Shown piece after piece: positions 47,386-64,000 of a stretch of DNA of 64,000 nt; position 1 is the first letter of the stretch; every line of letters starts with the position of its first letter. A model generated the notes under the pieces. It was not told where the DNA came from, ran no database searches, and saw only the letters and a program-made list of their open reading frames with translations. This DNA comes from the human T2T-CHM13v2.0 reference genome, Homo sapiens. A program made the translations under genes and the position numbers. The DNA lies in the NCBI RefSeq assembly GCF_009914755.1, contig NC_060933.1; one strand, written 5' to 3'.

Positions 47386-47502
47386 CTGTCAGACAATAGC
47401 ATAAAACTGTTTTACTAACATGGTTACAATAACAGGATTCAGATAAAATGTAACAATTTGAAATTACGTAAAGCACTTGAGGCACTTTAAAGTGTCTTTC
47501 AT

Positions 47503-48960
47503 CCTAAGCAAAAAGAACAAAGCTGGAGGCATCATGCTACCTGACTTCAAACTATACTACAAGGCTACAGTAACCAAAACAGCATGGTACTGGTACCAAA
47601 ACAGATATATAGACCAATGGAACAGAACAGAGGCCTCAGAAATAACACCACACATCTACAACCATCTGATCTTTGACAAACCTGACAAAAACAAGAAATG
47701 GGGAAAGGATTCCCAATTTAATAAATGGTGATGGGAAAACTGGCTAGCCATATATAGAAAGCTGAAACTGGATCCCTTCCTTATATCTTATACAAAAATT
47801 AATTCAAGATGGATTAAAGACTTACATGGTAGACCTAAAACCATAAAAACGCTAGAAGAAAACCTAGGCAATACCATTCAGGACATAGGCATGGGCAAGG
47901 ATTTCATGACTAAAACACCAAAAGCAATGGCAACAAAAGCCAAAATTGACAAATGGGATCTAATTAAACTAAAGAGCTTCTGCACAGTAAAAGAAACTAC
48001 CATCAGAGTGAACAGGCAGCCCACAGAATGGAGAAAATTTTTGCAATCTACCCATCTGACAAAGGGCTAATATCCAGAATCTACAAAGAACTTAAACAAA
48101 TTTACAAGAAAAAAACAAACAACCCCATCAAAAAGTGGGCAAAGGATATGAACAGATACTTCTCAAAAGAAGACATTTATGCAGCTAACAGACACATGAA
48201 AAAATGCTCATCATCACTGGTCATCAGAGAAATGCAAATCAAAACCACAATGAGATACCATCTCACACCAGTTAGAATGGCAATCATTAAAAAGTCAGGA
48301 AACAACAGATGCTGGAGAGGATGTGGAGAAATAGGAACGCTTTTACACTGTTGGTGGGAGTGTAAACTAGTTCAACCATTGTGGAAGACAGTGTGGCAAT
48401 TCCTTAAGGATCTAGAACTAGAAATACAATTTGACCCAGTGATTCCATTACTGCGTATATACCCAAAGGATTATAAATCATGCTGCTATAAAGACACATG
48501 CACACGTATGTTTACTGCAGCACTATTCACACTAGCAAAGACTTGGAACCCACCTAAATGCCCATCAATGATAGACTGGATTAAGAAAATGTGGCACATA
48601 TACACCATGGAATACTATGCAGGCATAAAAAAGGATGAGTTCATGTCCTTTGCAGGGACATGGATGAAGCTGGAAACCATCATTCTGAGTGAACTACCAC
48701 AAGGACAGAAAACCAAATGCCGCATGTTCTCACTCACAGGTGGGAACTGAACAATGAAAACACTTGGACACAGTGCGGGGAACATCACACTCTGGGGCCT
48801 GTCATGGGGTGGGGGACGGGGAGGGATAGCATTAGGAGAAATACCTAATGTATGATGAGTTAATAGGTGCAGCAAACCAACATGGCACATGTATACCTAT
48901 GTAACAAACCTGCACGTTGTGTACATGTACCCTAGAACTTAAAGTATAATAATAATAAAT
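47503..48960 (+). mobile_element. 5'-truncated primate L1PA (ORF2 C-terminus and 3' UTR), antisense to C5
   Basis: ORFs 47477..47731 and 48028..48750 are L1 ORF2p; 3' end cctagaacttaaagtataat; TSD aaagtgtctttcat / aaagcgtccttcat. Confidence 0.96.
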
Positions 48961-49696
48961 AAAGCGTCCTTCATGCACTATTACATTTCATCCTCATAAA
49001 GCCACATTAATAAAGCTATGTGCTAGATGAAAAAAATTGATCTTGGGGAGATCACAAGACTTAGAATCAGGGCCCTCTCCTATATGCCAAATTACTTCCT
49101 TGATAATTTTGATATCAGCTACTCTCTGTTTTCTTTTATGTTTTTAAAAGGTACGTGTCCAATCTCACTGTTATATGAGATCTATTCATAAAAAATTTAA
49201 ACTGCATGTTTCCCTTTTTAGTTTAGAATTAAAGTAAGAATAAAGTAAACTTTCTACCCAGCAAATAATACTATAGCAAGAGCTAACTTTCCTTATTTAT
49301 GGTTTGAATAAATAGTCCCCATTATAGGAGGTCAGTTTCTATAATTTTCTCTCAAGTGAGCCTTTTATGCTGGTTTAGACCAAGTAATAAACACTCTATT
49401 TTTCAAATCAATGCTAATAAGAGAGCTAGCATAGGGTAATGTTTGAGGCATGGACTCTGGAAGCAGACAGGCTGTGCAACTTACTAGCTGTATGATTTTG
49501 AGCAAATTATTAAACATTTATGTACCTCAGTTTTTCCACTTGTAACATGGGAATAGTAACAATATCAACGCATAGAGTTGTTGTAAAGATTAAATGTGCT
49601 AATATATGCTGAGTACTTAGAAGAGTACCCCACACATATAGTTATATAGATTGGTATAACTACATTATATTGTAATTTTAAAATGACCTAAGCTTT

Positions 49697-50175
49697 TGTG
49701 ATAGGTTGCTTGCAAAACTAACCCCCAATTCTCTACCTCCCCATGTATCAACGACCTTTGCACAGTTCATTGTGTCCACAAAGTGTGGGAGGGGTCTATT
49801 TCCTCTGGGCTGACCTTGTAACTTGCTTTGGACAAAAGAATGTGTGGAAGTGATGGTGTGCCAGCACCAAGCCTAGGCTCAGGGGGACTTTCATGCTTCC
49901 ATTGCCTCTTTGAGTGTTGCTGCTGCTACAAGCTAGCCTGCTGGATGATGAGAGGCACACACACTTTTAGCCCCATCCAACTGCCAGACATATGGACAGG
50001 ACCTTCCTAGACCAGCCAGCCCCCAGCTGACCTACCAACTGGCTGCAGCTACATGGGTGAGCCCAGCTGACACCAGCCTGGCCCAGATCAGCAGAACTTC
50101 CCAGCTGACTCATAAATGTGGGAGTTTCAAGGCACTGGGTTTTGAAGTAGTTACGCAGCATTAGCTGGCTGATTA
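49697..50175 (+). mobile_element. MLT1-type MaLR LTR
   Basis: acttgctttggacaaaagaatgtg...cagaacttcccagctga...ttacgcagca motifs. Confidence 0.72.
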
Positions 50176-50507
50176 AATCATTAAAAAAAGATAGGAAGTG
50201 AATCCTTCATATCTCAGTCCCAATATTCTAAGTTACCCTAGTTTCTAAACACATACACCAAACTTAGATCTTTGGCACTTTTCTTTGTTTTTGCTGTTGA
50301 ATAGCCAACAAAGCTAAACTCAGAATCAGCTAAAATCAGAATAAGCAAATGAACTACCAGCATGATGTCTCCTTTATCAATTAGTCCCCAAATCATGGCA
50401 CACTTTGATAATAAATCACAGATCTCACTTTGGGCAACTATCATCAACCAGAGTTGAGTTAATTTGAAAAATAAAAATAAAAACAACAAAAAAACAAATG
50501 TTCTTAC

Positions 50508-50598
50508 CTTGCTTTTATAGTAATTTCAAAATTCTTAAAGTTCTTGTAACCAATGAAATTATATTCTGGCTCGATTGAGACAGAAAAATGTGGCAAGA
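50508..50598 (-). CDS. C5: C5 exon 7 (91 nt) (V)[29 protein letters not shown](R)
   Basis: Translation (ORF 50504..50692); CAG acceptor, GTAAGA donor. Confidence 0.98.
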
Positions 50599-51894
50599 CT
50601 GAAAATAAAAACAAACAGGTAATATTACCATTTTGATTAGAGCAGACTTTAAAGCCTAGCAAACAGCTAGACTTTCTGGTATAGTTGGACAAGCTGTAAC
50701 ATCAACACAACATCCACTTTATTATCATAATCATCATCATCATCATCGTCATCACCAACAACAATCTCTGCAGAACCTTCCCACTCCAACAATCAGAGGT
50801 CAATCCAGAAGCACTTTGCCTATATTTTGATTACAGCATTTATTATAGGCAATAGGTTATTTCTTCCATTAGAGTATAGGTTCCTTGAAAACAAAAAAAC
50901 TTTTCAATTGTGACATAACATAATGAAATTTGCATTTCAAGATTATTTTGGCTAATACCAAGCAAGATAGCTTGGAAGCAGAGACATCAGTTAGGAGGCT
51001 TTTGCTGTAGTCCAGGAGGGAGAGTGCTGATGAATTGATGAGAGTGGCTACAGACAGTAAGAGGTGGGTGGATTCTAGATATACAGAGAAAATACAAAAA
51101 CACTTAGAAGAAGGGAGATGGGTTAGGATTATATGTTACAGAGAGCCTGTAATCTTTAAGGTTGAGTTTCATCATAACGAATTTGTTTTGTCACTGTTTT
51201 TCTTGTTAATTGTTAAAATTTGTGTCAGTATTTATTCTTCTCCATGTCATTATGAATCTCTTGAGGGAATAAAAAATGGCTTCAAGCAGAAGAAAGTTAA
51301 ATTTGATAGCAGAGCACACAGAAATGCTAGTAAACTACTATAAGAAATGAAAGATTAAACTATTTACGTTACTTGTTAGTCTATTAATATAATTTATTTC
51401 AAAATAAGAATATCTTAAATATTCAAATGAATATATTAGGAATTTAGGAGCCAGAAAATAGTGTTGGACTAGGGGTAAGGAAACCTAATTGTTGTTTTTG
51501 TTTTGTCACTAATTGGTTTTAAGACTCAAGTAAATCATTTATTGGTTTTACTGGGTTCCACTCACCTCATCTATGACTATTTAAGTTTCTCCTAATAATA
51601 ATCACAATTCTAGAAAGGATCTTTACTAGTCAAGCTCTTCAGGGGACTAGATCTCTTCCAGCTCTCTGATGGGGAACACAAGTACACAGAGGTTGTTCTG
51701 CTTGATCAGGGTTAAAGGCATGCTGGAACTAGAATCTAGGCATTCAACTACTACTCCTCCCTCCAACCTCTAGCCAGTACTTCTAGCCATACGTACAGGC
51801 TGCCTCATCTTCATCTGGGAATAATTTTGCATTAACTACATTATTAAAAAGAATTATTGCAAAACACTAACTTTTTATAGAAAAACTTTTAATT

Positions 51895-52195
51895 GGCTGG
51901 GTGCGGTGGCTCATGCCTGTAATCCCAGCACTTTGGGAGGCCGAGGTGGGTGGATCACGAGGTCAGGAGTTCAAGACCAGCCTGGCCAAGATGGTGACAC
52001 CCTGTCTCTACTAAAAATACAAAAATTAGCCGGCTATGGTGGTTGGTGCCTGTAATCCCAGCTACTTGGGATGCTGAGGCAGAGAATTGCTTGAACCCAG
52101 GAGGCGGAGGTTGCAGTGAGCTGAGATCGTGCCACTGCACTCCAGCCTGGGCAACAGAGCGAGACTCCATCTCAAAAACAAAAAACAAAAAGCAA
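51895..52195 (+). mobile_element. AluS (Sg-like) inserted next to the exon 6 donor
   Basis: Full Alu; TSD agaaaaactttta(a/c)tt at 51879-51894 and 52196-52211. Confidence 0.92.
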
Positions 52196-52223
52196 AGAAA
52201 AACTTTTACTTGTCAGAAATTAC

Positions 52224-52306
52224 CATATTCTTTAACTTCAAAATATGCGGTTCCAGTTGTTGAAAAGTCCTCTTTATATTTAGCCTTGATCGTCCACATA
52301 CCATAT
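52224..52306 (-). CDS. C5: C5 exon 6 (83 nt) (R)[27 protein letters not shown](V)
   Basis: Translation; CAG acceptor, GTAATT donor. Confidence 0.97.
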
Positions 52307-52815
52307 CTGTGGAAGCAAAATATTTAAAATTATAGATGTCATCAAATGTTTTTAATTCACTCAGAGGAGATCTAATAAATTCCTGTTTTAAAGAGGGAAG
52401 AATACACAAAGATATATAAAACCTAAGTAATATATTTTATTTGTGACTGATTTTTAAGCAATAAATAATTGAGCATTTTTAGGATAATAGATAATAGATA
52501 TTGTTTAGTAACCAGTTTTTCATATATTGTATTATTTTTCCTGGTATTTTATCTTAATACAGTCATTAGTTTTGATTTGAAGAACTTATTATTTCTGAGA
52601 ATTTATTTAATCTTGGAGCCTAATTATGCTAACATAATACTAAAATCCAAAATACAGTACAAAATCCATAATAACGTCTCTAGAAACATATAATACAAGA
52701 CAAGCTTATACAGATGATAAAATTTACACCTCACAAAAATGAATTTATGGTTGGAAACAAAGCATGGTTTTTAAAAGATGAAAATGACCTGGCTTTAATT
52801 AATAACCTTTATTCA

Positions 52816-53120
<305 letters not shown>

Positions 53121-53164
<44 letters not shown>

Positions 53165-53213
53165 ATATGTGTGTATACACACATATATATACACACACAC
53201 ACACATATATATA
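53121..53213. repeat. Compound (TG)n/(TA)n/(CA)n microsatellite
   Basis: TG run followed by mixed TA and CA runs. Confidence 0.95.
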
Positions 53214-53963
53214 CTGAGCCTACCTTGCAGATTGGCTATGAAGTCCACAAATGTTAATAGTATTATAATAATGATTATTACCATCATCATCAATTCAATG
53301 AATATTTATCAAGGGCCTATTATGTTGAACTGCTGGTGTGCAATACAGACAAGGCCCACCTTAAAGAGTTTATAAGCTAGTGGGGAATAAAAATGCCAGC
53401 AAGCAAGTAAAGAAATGATTATGACATTGAGATAAGTGTCATGAAGAAAATAAACAAGATGCTGAGATAGGGAGTAAAACAAAGCAAGAGATTACATTAC
53501 ATCATGCATCCAGGAATAGCCTTTTTGTAGCAGCTTCTACTCTGGGTCATAACAATGAAAAGAAGCCAGGCTTATGAAGAGCCAGGTGAAGCCCATTCCA
53601 AGTAGAGGGGATGACATGTGCAAAGGCACGGAGGTAGGAAAGCACTGGACATGCCAGACCATGGCTAGCACATAATTTGCCATGGGGCAAGTGGCACAAG
53701 ATGAAGTTGGAGAAATGATAGCAGTAATAAAATAATAGGTTTAATTCTGCACTATGGAACATGTAGTATTTTCAAGAATGTACACAATTTTTAAATTATC
53801 CAAGTTATTTAAAACCTCCAAATTCAATTTAAATTTTTAGAAAAATTTCAGTCAGCGAATTAACTGAGGGCAGAGGAAAAATGACCATAAAAAGATGTTG
53901 TTCTAAAATTCTAGTGCAGCCATGTATAGATGCACTTGTCTTATTCATTCTGCTCTATTATAA

Positions 53964-54475
<512 letters not shown>

Positions 54476-54913
54476 TGAGGCCAAATAATAGATATAGCTC
54501 TGAGAACTCCTTCCCTCTTGGACTTTGCCTTCTGGTAGTTTATCCAGGCAAAAACTACAGACGACCCTATTTTATAGCAACCAGAGCAAGGAACAAGACC
54601 ACACCAGCCTTTTAAACTGACAATCTATTAGATACTTTGAGGGGTAGGAGTTGATGTTTTTTATGACAAAAAAACCTGGGTACTATTTTTTCCTCTTCCC
54701 AATTTTTATTTCTATATGTAAAAAGAATGGCTGAGAAGTATTGGAAATTTTTTGCCAAGAACAGAGCTTAAGTTCTTGCTAGAACTTCAAAAGATTTTGC
54801 ATATCCACCTATGTGACACCCTTTGTTAACATTAGGTGGCCCCCTTTAACTGGTTACCTGCTTCTTCACCAAAAGTTCCGTATGTGGTTTTATTAACAAC
54901 TATTTTTACATAC

Positions 54914-55005
54914 CTAGGATTAGACGGAATCTTGAAGTCAGGAAAAGAGATAATTCCAATATGATCAATTTCTTCTACCATGTCAACTTCTGATCCTTCA
55001 GGATC
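54914..55005 (-). CDS. C5: C5 exon 5 (92 nt) [30 protein letters not shown](R)
   Basis: Translation; CAG acceptor, GTATGT donor. Confidence 0.97.
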
Positions 55006-55654
55006 CTGTAAATAAAAACAAACACCCTCAAAGGCCAGAAACTACATTTTAAAAAATTTAACTGATTATACAATCTTTGATGTACAAAATATTTATAGAT
55101 CAAATATTTGAAGACAAATACCCATGTCTTCAAATTAAATATGAAGGATGAAGATCAGTTAAATGTTATAGAAGGGAAATATGGTTCATTTCAGCCATTT
55201 CCCTTCTTCTTTTTCCAATCTTCCCCATCTCTCCTCATTATCTTGAAGAGACTCAACTCTCTGTTGTACATCTAAAAGATGAAGTGTAACAACACGTAAA
55301 AACAACAACAAACAAACAAACAAACAAACAATGATGTTTTTGATAAACTAAATGTGAATTTTGTTGGCTTTATAAATACCAGAATCTAATTTTTATATAT
55401 GTTCATTTAAAGCTTTCAAAAGCAAATATTCTATGAATTATATTTTTTAGCCAGATGTTTTATAAATGTATAGTATGGGCATTTTTCAGCTTGGTAAAAC
55501 TCTCAAATGGTTAAACAAACTTGATAGTTCTCGTAAAGCTTCCCCATAAACTTAATTTTGTGTTTGGGTTAGCAAATAATTGAAATGAGGTTTTGACTTT
55601 CTTTGGACTACACATGGGGGTCCAATTCAGCCTTAACTCAACACATAAACATAG

Positions 55655-56210
<556 letters not shown>

Positions 56211-57398
56211 ATCTTAGCACCATTTACCATGACTGAAATTCACAGTTGGATTTTAGAGGTTTTATTTCGTAATTAATTGTAAAACTTACAGAAGCCTATT
56301 TTGAACAAGAATTATACTTGTAGCTGAGTATTTTTATGGCTCTTCTTCATCGCACTATCCATTGTGCACAATTCTTCTAAGATCATCTTTCTCAGGTACT
56401 ATTTTGAGGATACTTCCTCTATATTAACTCCTTAAGGCTCTGGGATCAGCTTTCTCAATCTTTTCTTCCTGGGGCAGCTCTTACAAGAGATGACTGACAT
56501 TCATTTTTCTGCAGGTTATGCCATGATTCTGCATCACTTAAGTTCAACCATGAAGACGTTGGATAAAGAGCATACATCCACACCCCTATCATTCCCTGAT
56601 AGAAAAAGGGCATTTGAGCTGACATTGCTCTCCTTAGTTCTCTTTCAGACATTCTATCAGTCAATCAGTTTATTTACTAGCTTCATTTTTTTTTATTTCT
56701 TCTTGCCCCCATAGCTTAACTCACACTGTTTCTTACATGGATGGTCTTCACTATTTTTAAATAATTTATGTCAATTCCTTTCATTAACACCCAACTCAGG
56801 GTTCCCTTTAACTACTCCGTTCCAGAGAAGGATGTGTATCACCCCCACTCTCACCTCTCATTGGTCTTCCCTCTGAGCTCATGGTATTTGTCCTACTGTA
56901 TAATTTATTTGTTTTATATTTTAGTATGGTTTTGTTCTGTAGTATCTATGCTTTTGCACCTGCATTCTGATAAGTTTTTATTTTTATTTTTTGGTTTTTT
57001 TTTTGAGTAGCAGCAAAAGTGCTGCAGCCTATATTGAAGGACCATTAGTAGTATACCTACTGTTAATAACTGAGCAGTTATAACTAGTTGTATTATTTTA
57101 TTTCCTCACAAAAGTGTTTGGGGTATGTGACACAAATTAGATGAGATCATGGGAGTTCAATGCACAGCGTCTGTTACATATGTCATGTCTGATAAATGGT
57201 GAATTACTGCCAATCTTTAACTCATGATTTAGCAAGATTTTTTGTGTTAGTATAATAGTTATTAAACTCTAAGTTCCTTAAGAGTAAGTACCATTAAATA
57301 TAGTTCTTTTGCACATAATAAATACATAATAGATATATCCATTATGTATATCTTATAGTTAAATGGGTATTCAGTCAATTCTTAGTGATTGGTGGGTG

Positions 57399-57727
<329 letters not shown>

Positions 57728-57997
57728 AGTGGGTGTTCTTTAAAAAATAAATCAGCAAGATTGTACTTAAATGGTTTAGCTCAAAATCCTTCAAGTTATT
57801 GAAATTTAATTTGTATGAGCCTTTCACATACGTGTATTACAGAGGTATAGATCTATGATTCTATACTCATTGCAGATGTTCAATAACCATTTATGGAACA
57901 TTGAATGATTTAGTGTAGTGTGAGGACAGGGTTATGAAATGAGATTCTTGTCCTGAAAAATGAATTAAAGTATTATTTAAATAAATAAAATACTTAC

Positions 57998-58068
57998 TAT
58001 GAAAGTTAAGACAGTTTCTCTTTTGGCTGGCTTCAAGTCGTCATTCAACGAATAAATTCTAACTTTTA
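57998..58068 (-). CDS. C5: C5 exon 4 (71 nt) (V)[23 protein letters not shown]
   Basis: Translation; CAG acceptor, GTAAGT donor; codon 145 reads ATT (Ile). Confidence 0.97.
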
Positions 58069-59473
58069 CTGTAAGAATAATTGATATAATCAAAAACTCT
58101 GCTAAAAACAAGGATATTTTGATTTTTTAAAACAACCATCCTTAAAAGAGATGAATCTTACTTTAAAAAACTCAATACACAAAAGTCCATATTTGAAAAA
58201 AACAAAAATTAGTTTGCAGACATATACATTACTAAAGATTCTCTTATTTAAGAGAATCCTCAGGGATTCCTTTAAAGAACTATTTCTCTTAGTGGATTTA
58301 AAGTACAGTTCACTTTCTTAAAATACATTTACCTACAATGTTTTGAGAAAACATTCACAGTATGAAATTAATTACATCTGTAATTAGGCCATTATTTATT
58401 AAGAATTTCATAGTAGCAAAATAGTGACATCACCATATGGTTATAGAGGAGCATAATATATTGTCTCAGAGTTGAAGATCTTAATGGAAAATTGGGAGCT
58501 TGATTCAGACATACACTCTTCCACTTATGAAAACCCACAAGGCTCCAAATTAGCTCTTATTGCAAAAGGCAGCTTTGGATTATATGGTTTTGTTCTATTT
58601 ATTGAGCCAGATCCTACACTTGTTCGCTCATTGTTAAAAGAGCAATGGCAGGGGCTCAATAACTGTTAGTTCTCTTCCATTTCTTTCTGTCAGTTAATAG
58701 ATCCCTACTTTTTAAACAAAAGCATCTGTTTCGCTTTTAACTCACAGCTGTTTGAGACACAGTGATCTAATTCTTTCCAATGACAAACTTAATTTCTCTA
58801 GGGTGTTGCTGATGCTCAAATCATTTCATGGCCAAAACTTTACCCACAAAATAAAATAGAACTGGCACCATAAACCCAGTATCTTTTAAAAGATCAGTAT
58901 TATGCAAAGCTCTATATAAGAAGCCACATTAACACTGGTTTTACTAAGTTCACAAGATAAAAACAATGTGCTCAGTAAATGCCCCACCTCTCTGCTCTCT
59001 CCTTCCCCTCACACCTGTCTCCCACCACAAATCCTATCTCCTGCTTTTTGGGACACACCCAGTCTAGGCCTGAGTATCACTGGGAAGCTGCCCAAGTCAG
59101 AAAGTCACAAAAGTTAAGAGCACAGGCCCTGGAATTAAACACTTTGGTTTCACTCCTGCCTCTGCCACTTTTTAGTATGACCCTGAGCAGGATACTTAAT
59201 CCCTCTAAACCTTAGTTAACTCACTTGTAAAACAGGAATACTAGTGTGTGCTCATAGTGTCCTTGTGAGAATTAAATAATGCAAAGCTTTTGCATAGCCT
59301 GACACATACTAAGTAATCAATAAATGTTTATTTTATTATTATTTCTGTTACTACTATTTGGCTAGTTTTTAACCCAGTTTGTGTTTAGGTTAGAAAATTA
59401 ATCTTGTCTTCACAGCGATGGTACATTGGAGGCAAGATCTATACAATTTTTTGTATAAAAGATATGGCTTATT

Positions 59474-60053
<580 letters not shown>

Positions 60054-60064
60054 TTGAATGCCTT

Positions 60065-60560
60065 CTAATGTGCCAGTCATTATGCTACGTACTGAGATAC
60101 AGTAGTGAAACAAATCAGACATGGACATCTTTTAATGGTGTGGAGGAAAGAGGCAAACACAATTATATGTAAAATTCTAGGGTGTGAAGTGCCACAAAGG
60201 ATATTTGCCTGGCCTTATGAGCATGTAGAAGAGGGAGATTTGAAGAGGTCAGGGAAATCAGCGAAAGCTGCCTTTAGAAGGATCTGTGATGACACGTGAG
60301 GGTGAAGTAGGAGTTAACAAGGCAAAGGAGGGGCAAGAATGTACCATGTAGAGGCAACAGCATGTTACACAGGCCTTAATATGGATGGGGAAACGGTGTG
60401 AGAAAGCATCTGAAAGGAGGTCAGTTTGGCTTGTGTCTATAGAGGGTGGGGCCGTAGTAGGTGATGAAGCTGGGGAAGAAGGCAGGACACAGGCTTTATG
60501 AAATTGAAGGATTTTGGGCAATATTCTAAAGTCATTTATCCAGTAAAGCCTTGAAGCCTT
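60065..60560 (-). mobile_element. L2 fragment
   Basis: tgtgccagtcattatgcta...gagatacagtagtgaa and purine-rich L2 body. Confidence 0.6.
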
Positions 60561-60719
60561 TATCCTAAAGATGCTTACACTAAAAATCCCTCAAGAATCT
60601 TCAGATTAAATGTGTTGATCGGGACATTATAGCTATAAATAACAAGACGATTAAAAAATACTTTTAAGTAATTATTTTTCTTTTCTGTAAATATGGCTTT
60701 GTGCTATTCCATAGATAAT

Positions 60720-61400
<681 letters not shown>

Positions 61401-61403
61401 TAA

Positions 61404-61710
<307 letters not shown>

Positions 61711-63126
61711 ACATGAAGCCATTCTTAAGGAAAGCCTTGATAACCGAGGAAGGTCCCAGCCTCTGGATATTACACTGCTTACTGGACAAAGACTGATGAC
61801 CCTTAGTTGTGGGACGTGTCAACAGGATCCAAGCAAAAAAGAATCCTTCAATGTAGGAGGAGGACAAGAGAGATGATATGCTTGTTTCTAGGTATGATTA
61901 TGTCTAAAAGGACCCAACCTTTGTGGGCAGAGACTATTTCCTTGTATAAAAAGTTGTCTCTTGGAGAAAAAAGATGCTATTATTCTGGAGATTTTATTCT
62001 GGCCAAGTAGATAGCAATATCTCCACCCCCTTTAGGCTTTTCCTTTCTGAGCTGATCATAACAAATGCTCCTGCTGAAACGGTAATGGTTCAGTCCAGTT
62101 CCACCCCACTATTCTCATCATCAACATCAACCAACATTTAGCAAATATCTACTGTGTACAAAGTTTTTCAACAAAGTCAGATGGTCCCCACTTCCTTTCT
62201 CTGTCCTCCTCCAAGAATATCATTAATGAAATTCCATAGCCTCTCCTTCCCATATATACATCTCTAATATTCTATTTCTGATGTACTTAAAAGTCATTGA
62301 TGACGAGAGGGAGAAACGGGGGAATGGAAGGCTTTGCAAACACATGAATATATTGGGAAGCATTCATACTTTTCTGTGTTTTACTTTTGGTTCATTGGGA
62401 ATAGGTCCAGTCATTCCTATTCACATGATTTTGATTGGCTATTCTGCCCTTTTGCCTCTAACAGAAGAACCATGAATGTTAAACAATGTTCTAACAGTAA
62501 CTTTCTTAGGTAGATCCCCTTTGAAAATTAATATCCATATATTTCTGTGATCTAGTTTATCCTCTGCTGAAATATCTGATCCCCTAGGTTAGATTTATTT
62601 TTCCAGTTTGGGGATTAGCTCCAGACCCAGTGGAATTTTTAATGAACATGGTTCTACAATAAATTATATTTTCCCATTGCCAAATTATATTTGCAATTAA
62701 GTCTTATATTTGTTTAATAAATTGTAACATATTGGAAAACAAATTTTTCTTGTTTTCCAAACTTTTACAATAATTTCGCATAGCTAATTCTACAGCAGTT
62801 GGTTTTTGTAACAACATAACATTTTACATTTTTACATAACATTCAACATTTTACAATTTTGAAAAAGCATTTTCTACTTGGAAATAAGTGATGGGGCAGG
62901 TAATGTAATTGTTGGTTTTGTAATTTATTTAGCACTTTCTCCATAAATTTAAAATTAAAATGCTATTAAATATTTGTAAGTATAGATGTCTTTGGGAATT
63001 GAGAGTCTTTTGAGCAAATTAAAAAGAAACCGATCTCCACTCAATTTCAGGTATTAAAAAGCTCTACAATATAGTGTCAATACTGTCAAATCCCCCACCC
63101 AGAGGAAGAAATATCTTATAATCTAC

Positions 63127-63289
63127 CTGACTGGTCTGGAGTATAAACAGGTTTGTCTGTATGAATGAAGAGAAATCCATTGTCATAGGTTATTGGCATT
63201 CTTTTTGATTTTGAAAAATGCTTTGATACAACTTCCAAATACACATAAGAAACTGGGTTTTGTCCTCCAGGCAATTGTTTTGGTTGTAT
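63127..63289 (-). CDS. C5: C5 exon 3 (163 nt) [20 protein letters not shown]...[14 protein letters not shown](V)
   Basis: Translation with family motif TDKPVYTP; CAG acceptor, GTAGAT donor. Confidence 0.97.
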
Positions 63290-63658
63290 CTGGAAAAGAA
63301 ATTGTTGATGGAAAAAGTATAATAATTCTAAAGTTATTAAACCATTAACTTTCTAAATACAACTGTAATCTCATTAGAACAATCAGTATGTATATGTAAT
63401 CATTTAAAAAGTGATACAGGAGCAAGAAGAGTAAATAAATTTTGCCCGAAGCCCTTCAGTGTCTAATTACATAATAAAAATTTAGCTTTAAGCAATTGAA
63501 AGTCTCTTTGGTTCCATGTTTCCTAAATTTTATATACATTTAGTGAAACTACTACTATAAAAGCCTTTAAGAAACCTTCACTCAATTAGTTTGCTGGGTT
63601 ACCCCATGCTCCCCATTCCCTTTGTGAAACCTCCTGACCGATTCTCTGGACCCTTAGC

Positions 63659-63998
<340 letters not shown>

Positions 63999-64000
63999 CC

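Noticed and set aside
48028-48750. 240-aa ORF as a host gene or active retrotransposon
   Set aside because: It is the L1 ORF2p C-terminus of a 5'-truncated copy with an upstream stop, no promoter and no EN or RT domain
50510-50512. Site of the A252T C5-deficiency variant
   Set aside because: Codon is GCA (Ala), the common allele

Overview
This is human (or very closely related great-ape) genomic DNA from the middle of the complement component 5 gene (C5), on the minus strand. I placed 26 consecutive coding exons, 3 to 28 (63289 down to 206), by translating them against the C5 protein as I recall it. All have GT-AG boundaries and consistent phases, and together they give an open frame for about residues 87-1220. 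That span covers the MG domains, the RPRR beta/alpha processing site, C5a, the R751-L752 convertase site, the R885 eculizumab-epitope exon and the thioester-less TED segment (GSAEA). Exons 1-2 and 29-41 lie outside the window. The introns are dominated by Alus (about 35), L1 fragments, L2/MIR, MaLR/ERV LTRs, DNA-transposon fossils (Tigger3, MER20, Charlie-like) and simple repeats. Nearly all non-C5 ORFs in the track are repeat artefacts. I found no new gene or new multi-gene system. The best leads are cis-regulatory: (1) an atypical shifted-register U1 donor, AGA|GTTAAGTA, at exon 14; (2) a near-consensus CTCF motif across the exon 27 donor, plus a second one in an LTR; (3) a (GT)20 tract starting inside the exon 9 donor; (4) an L1-derived intronic poly(A) signal in intron 21; (5) weak or tandem splice sites around the in-frame-skippable furin-site exon 16; (6) a probable non-reference Ile145 allele; and (7) several unusual retroposon insertions. 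Repeat subfamily names and repeat boundaries were judged by eye and are approximate.
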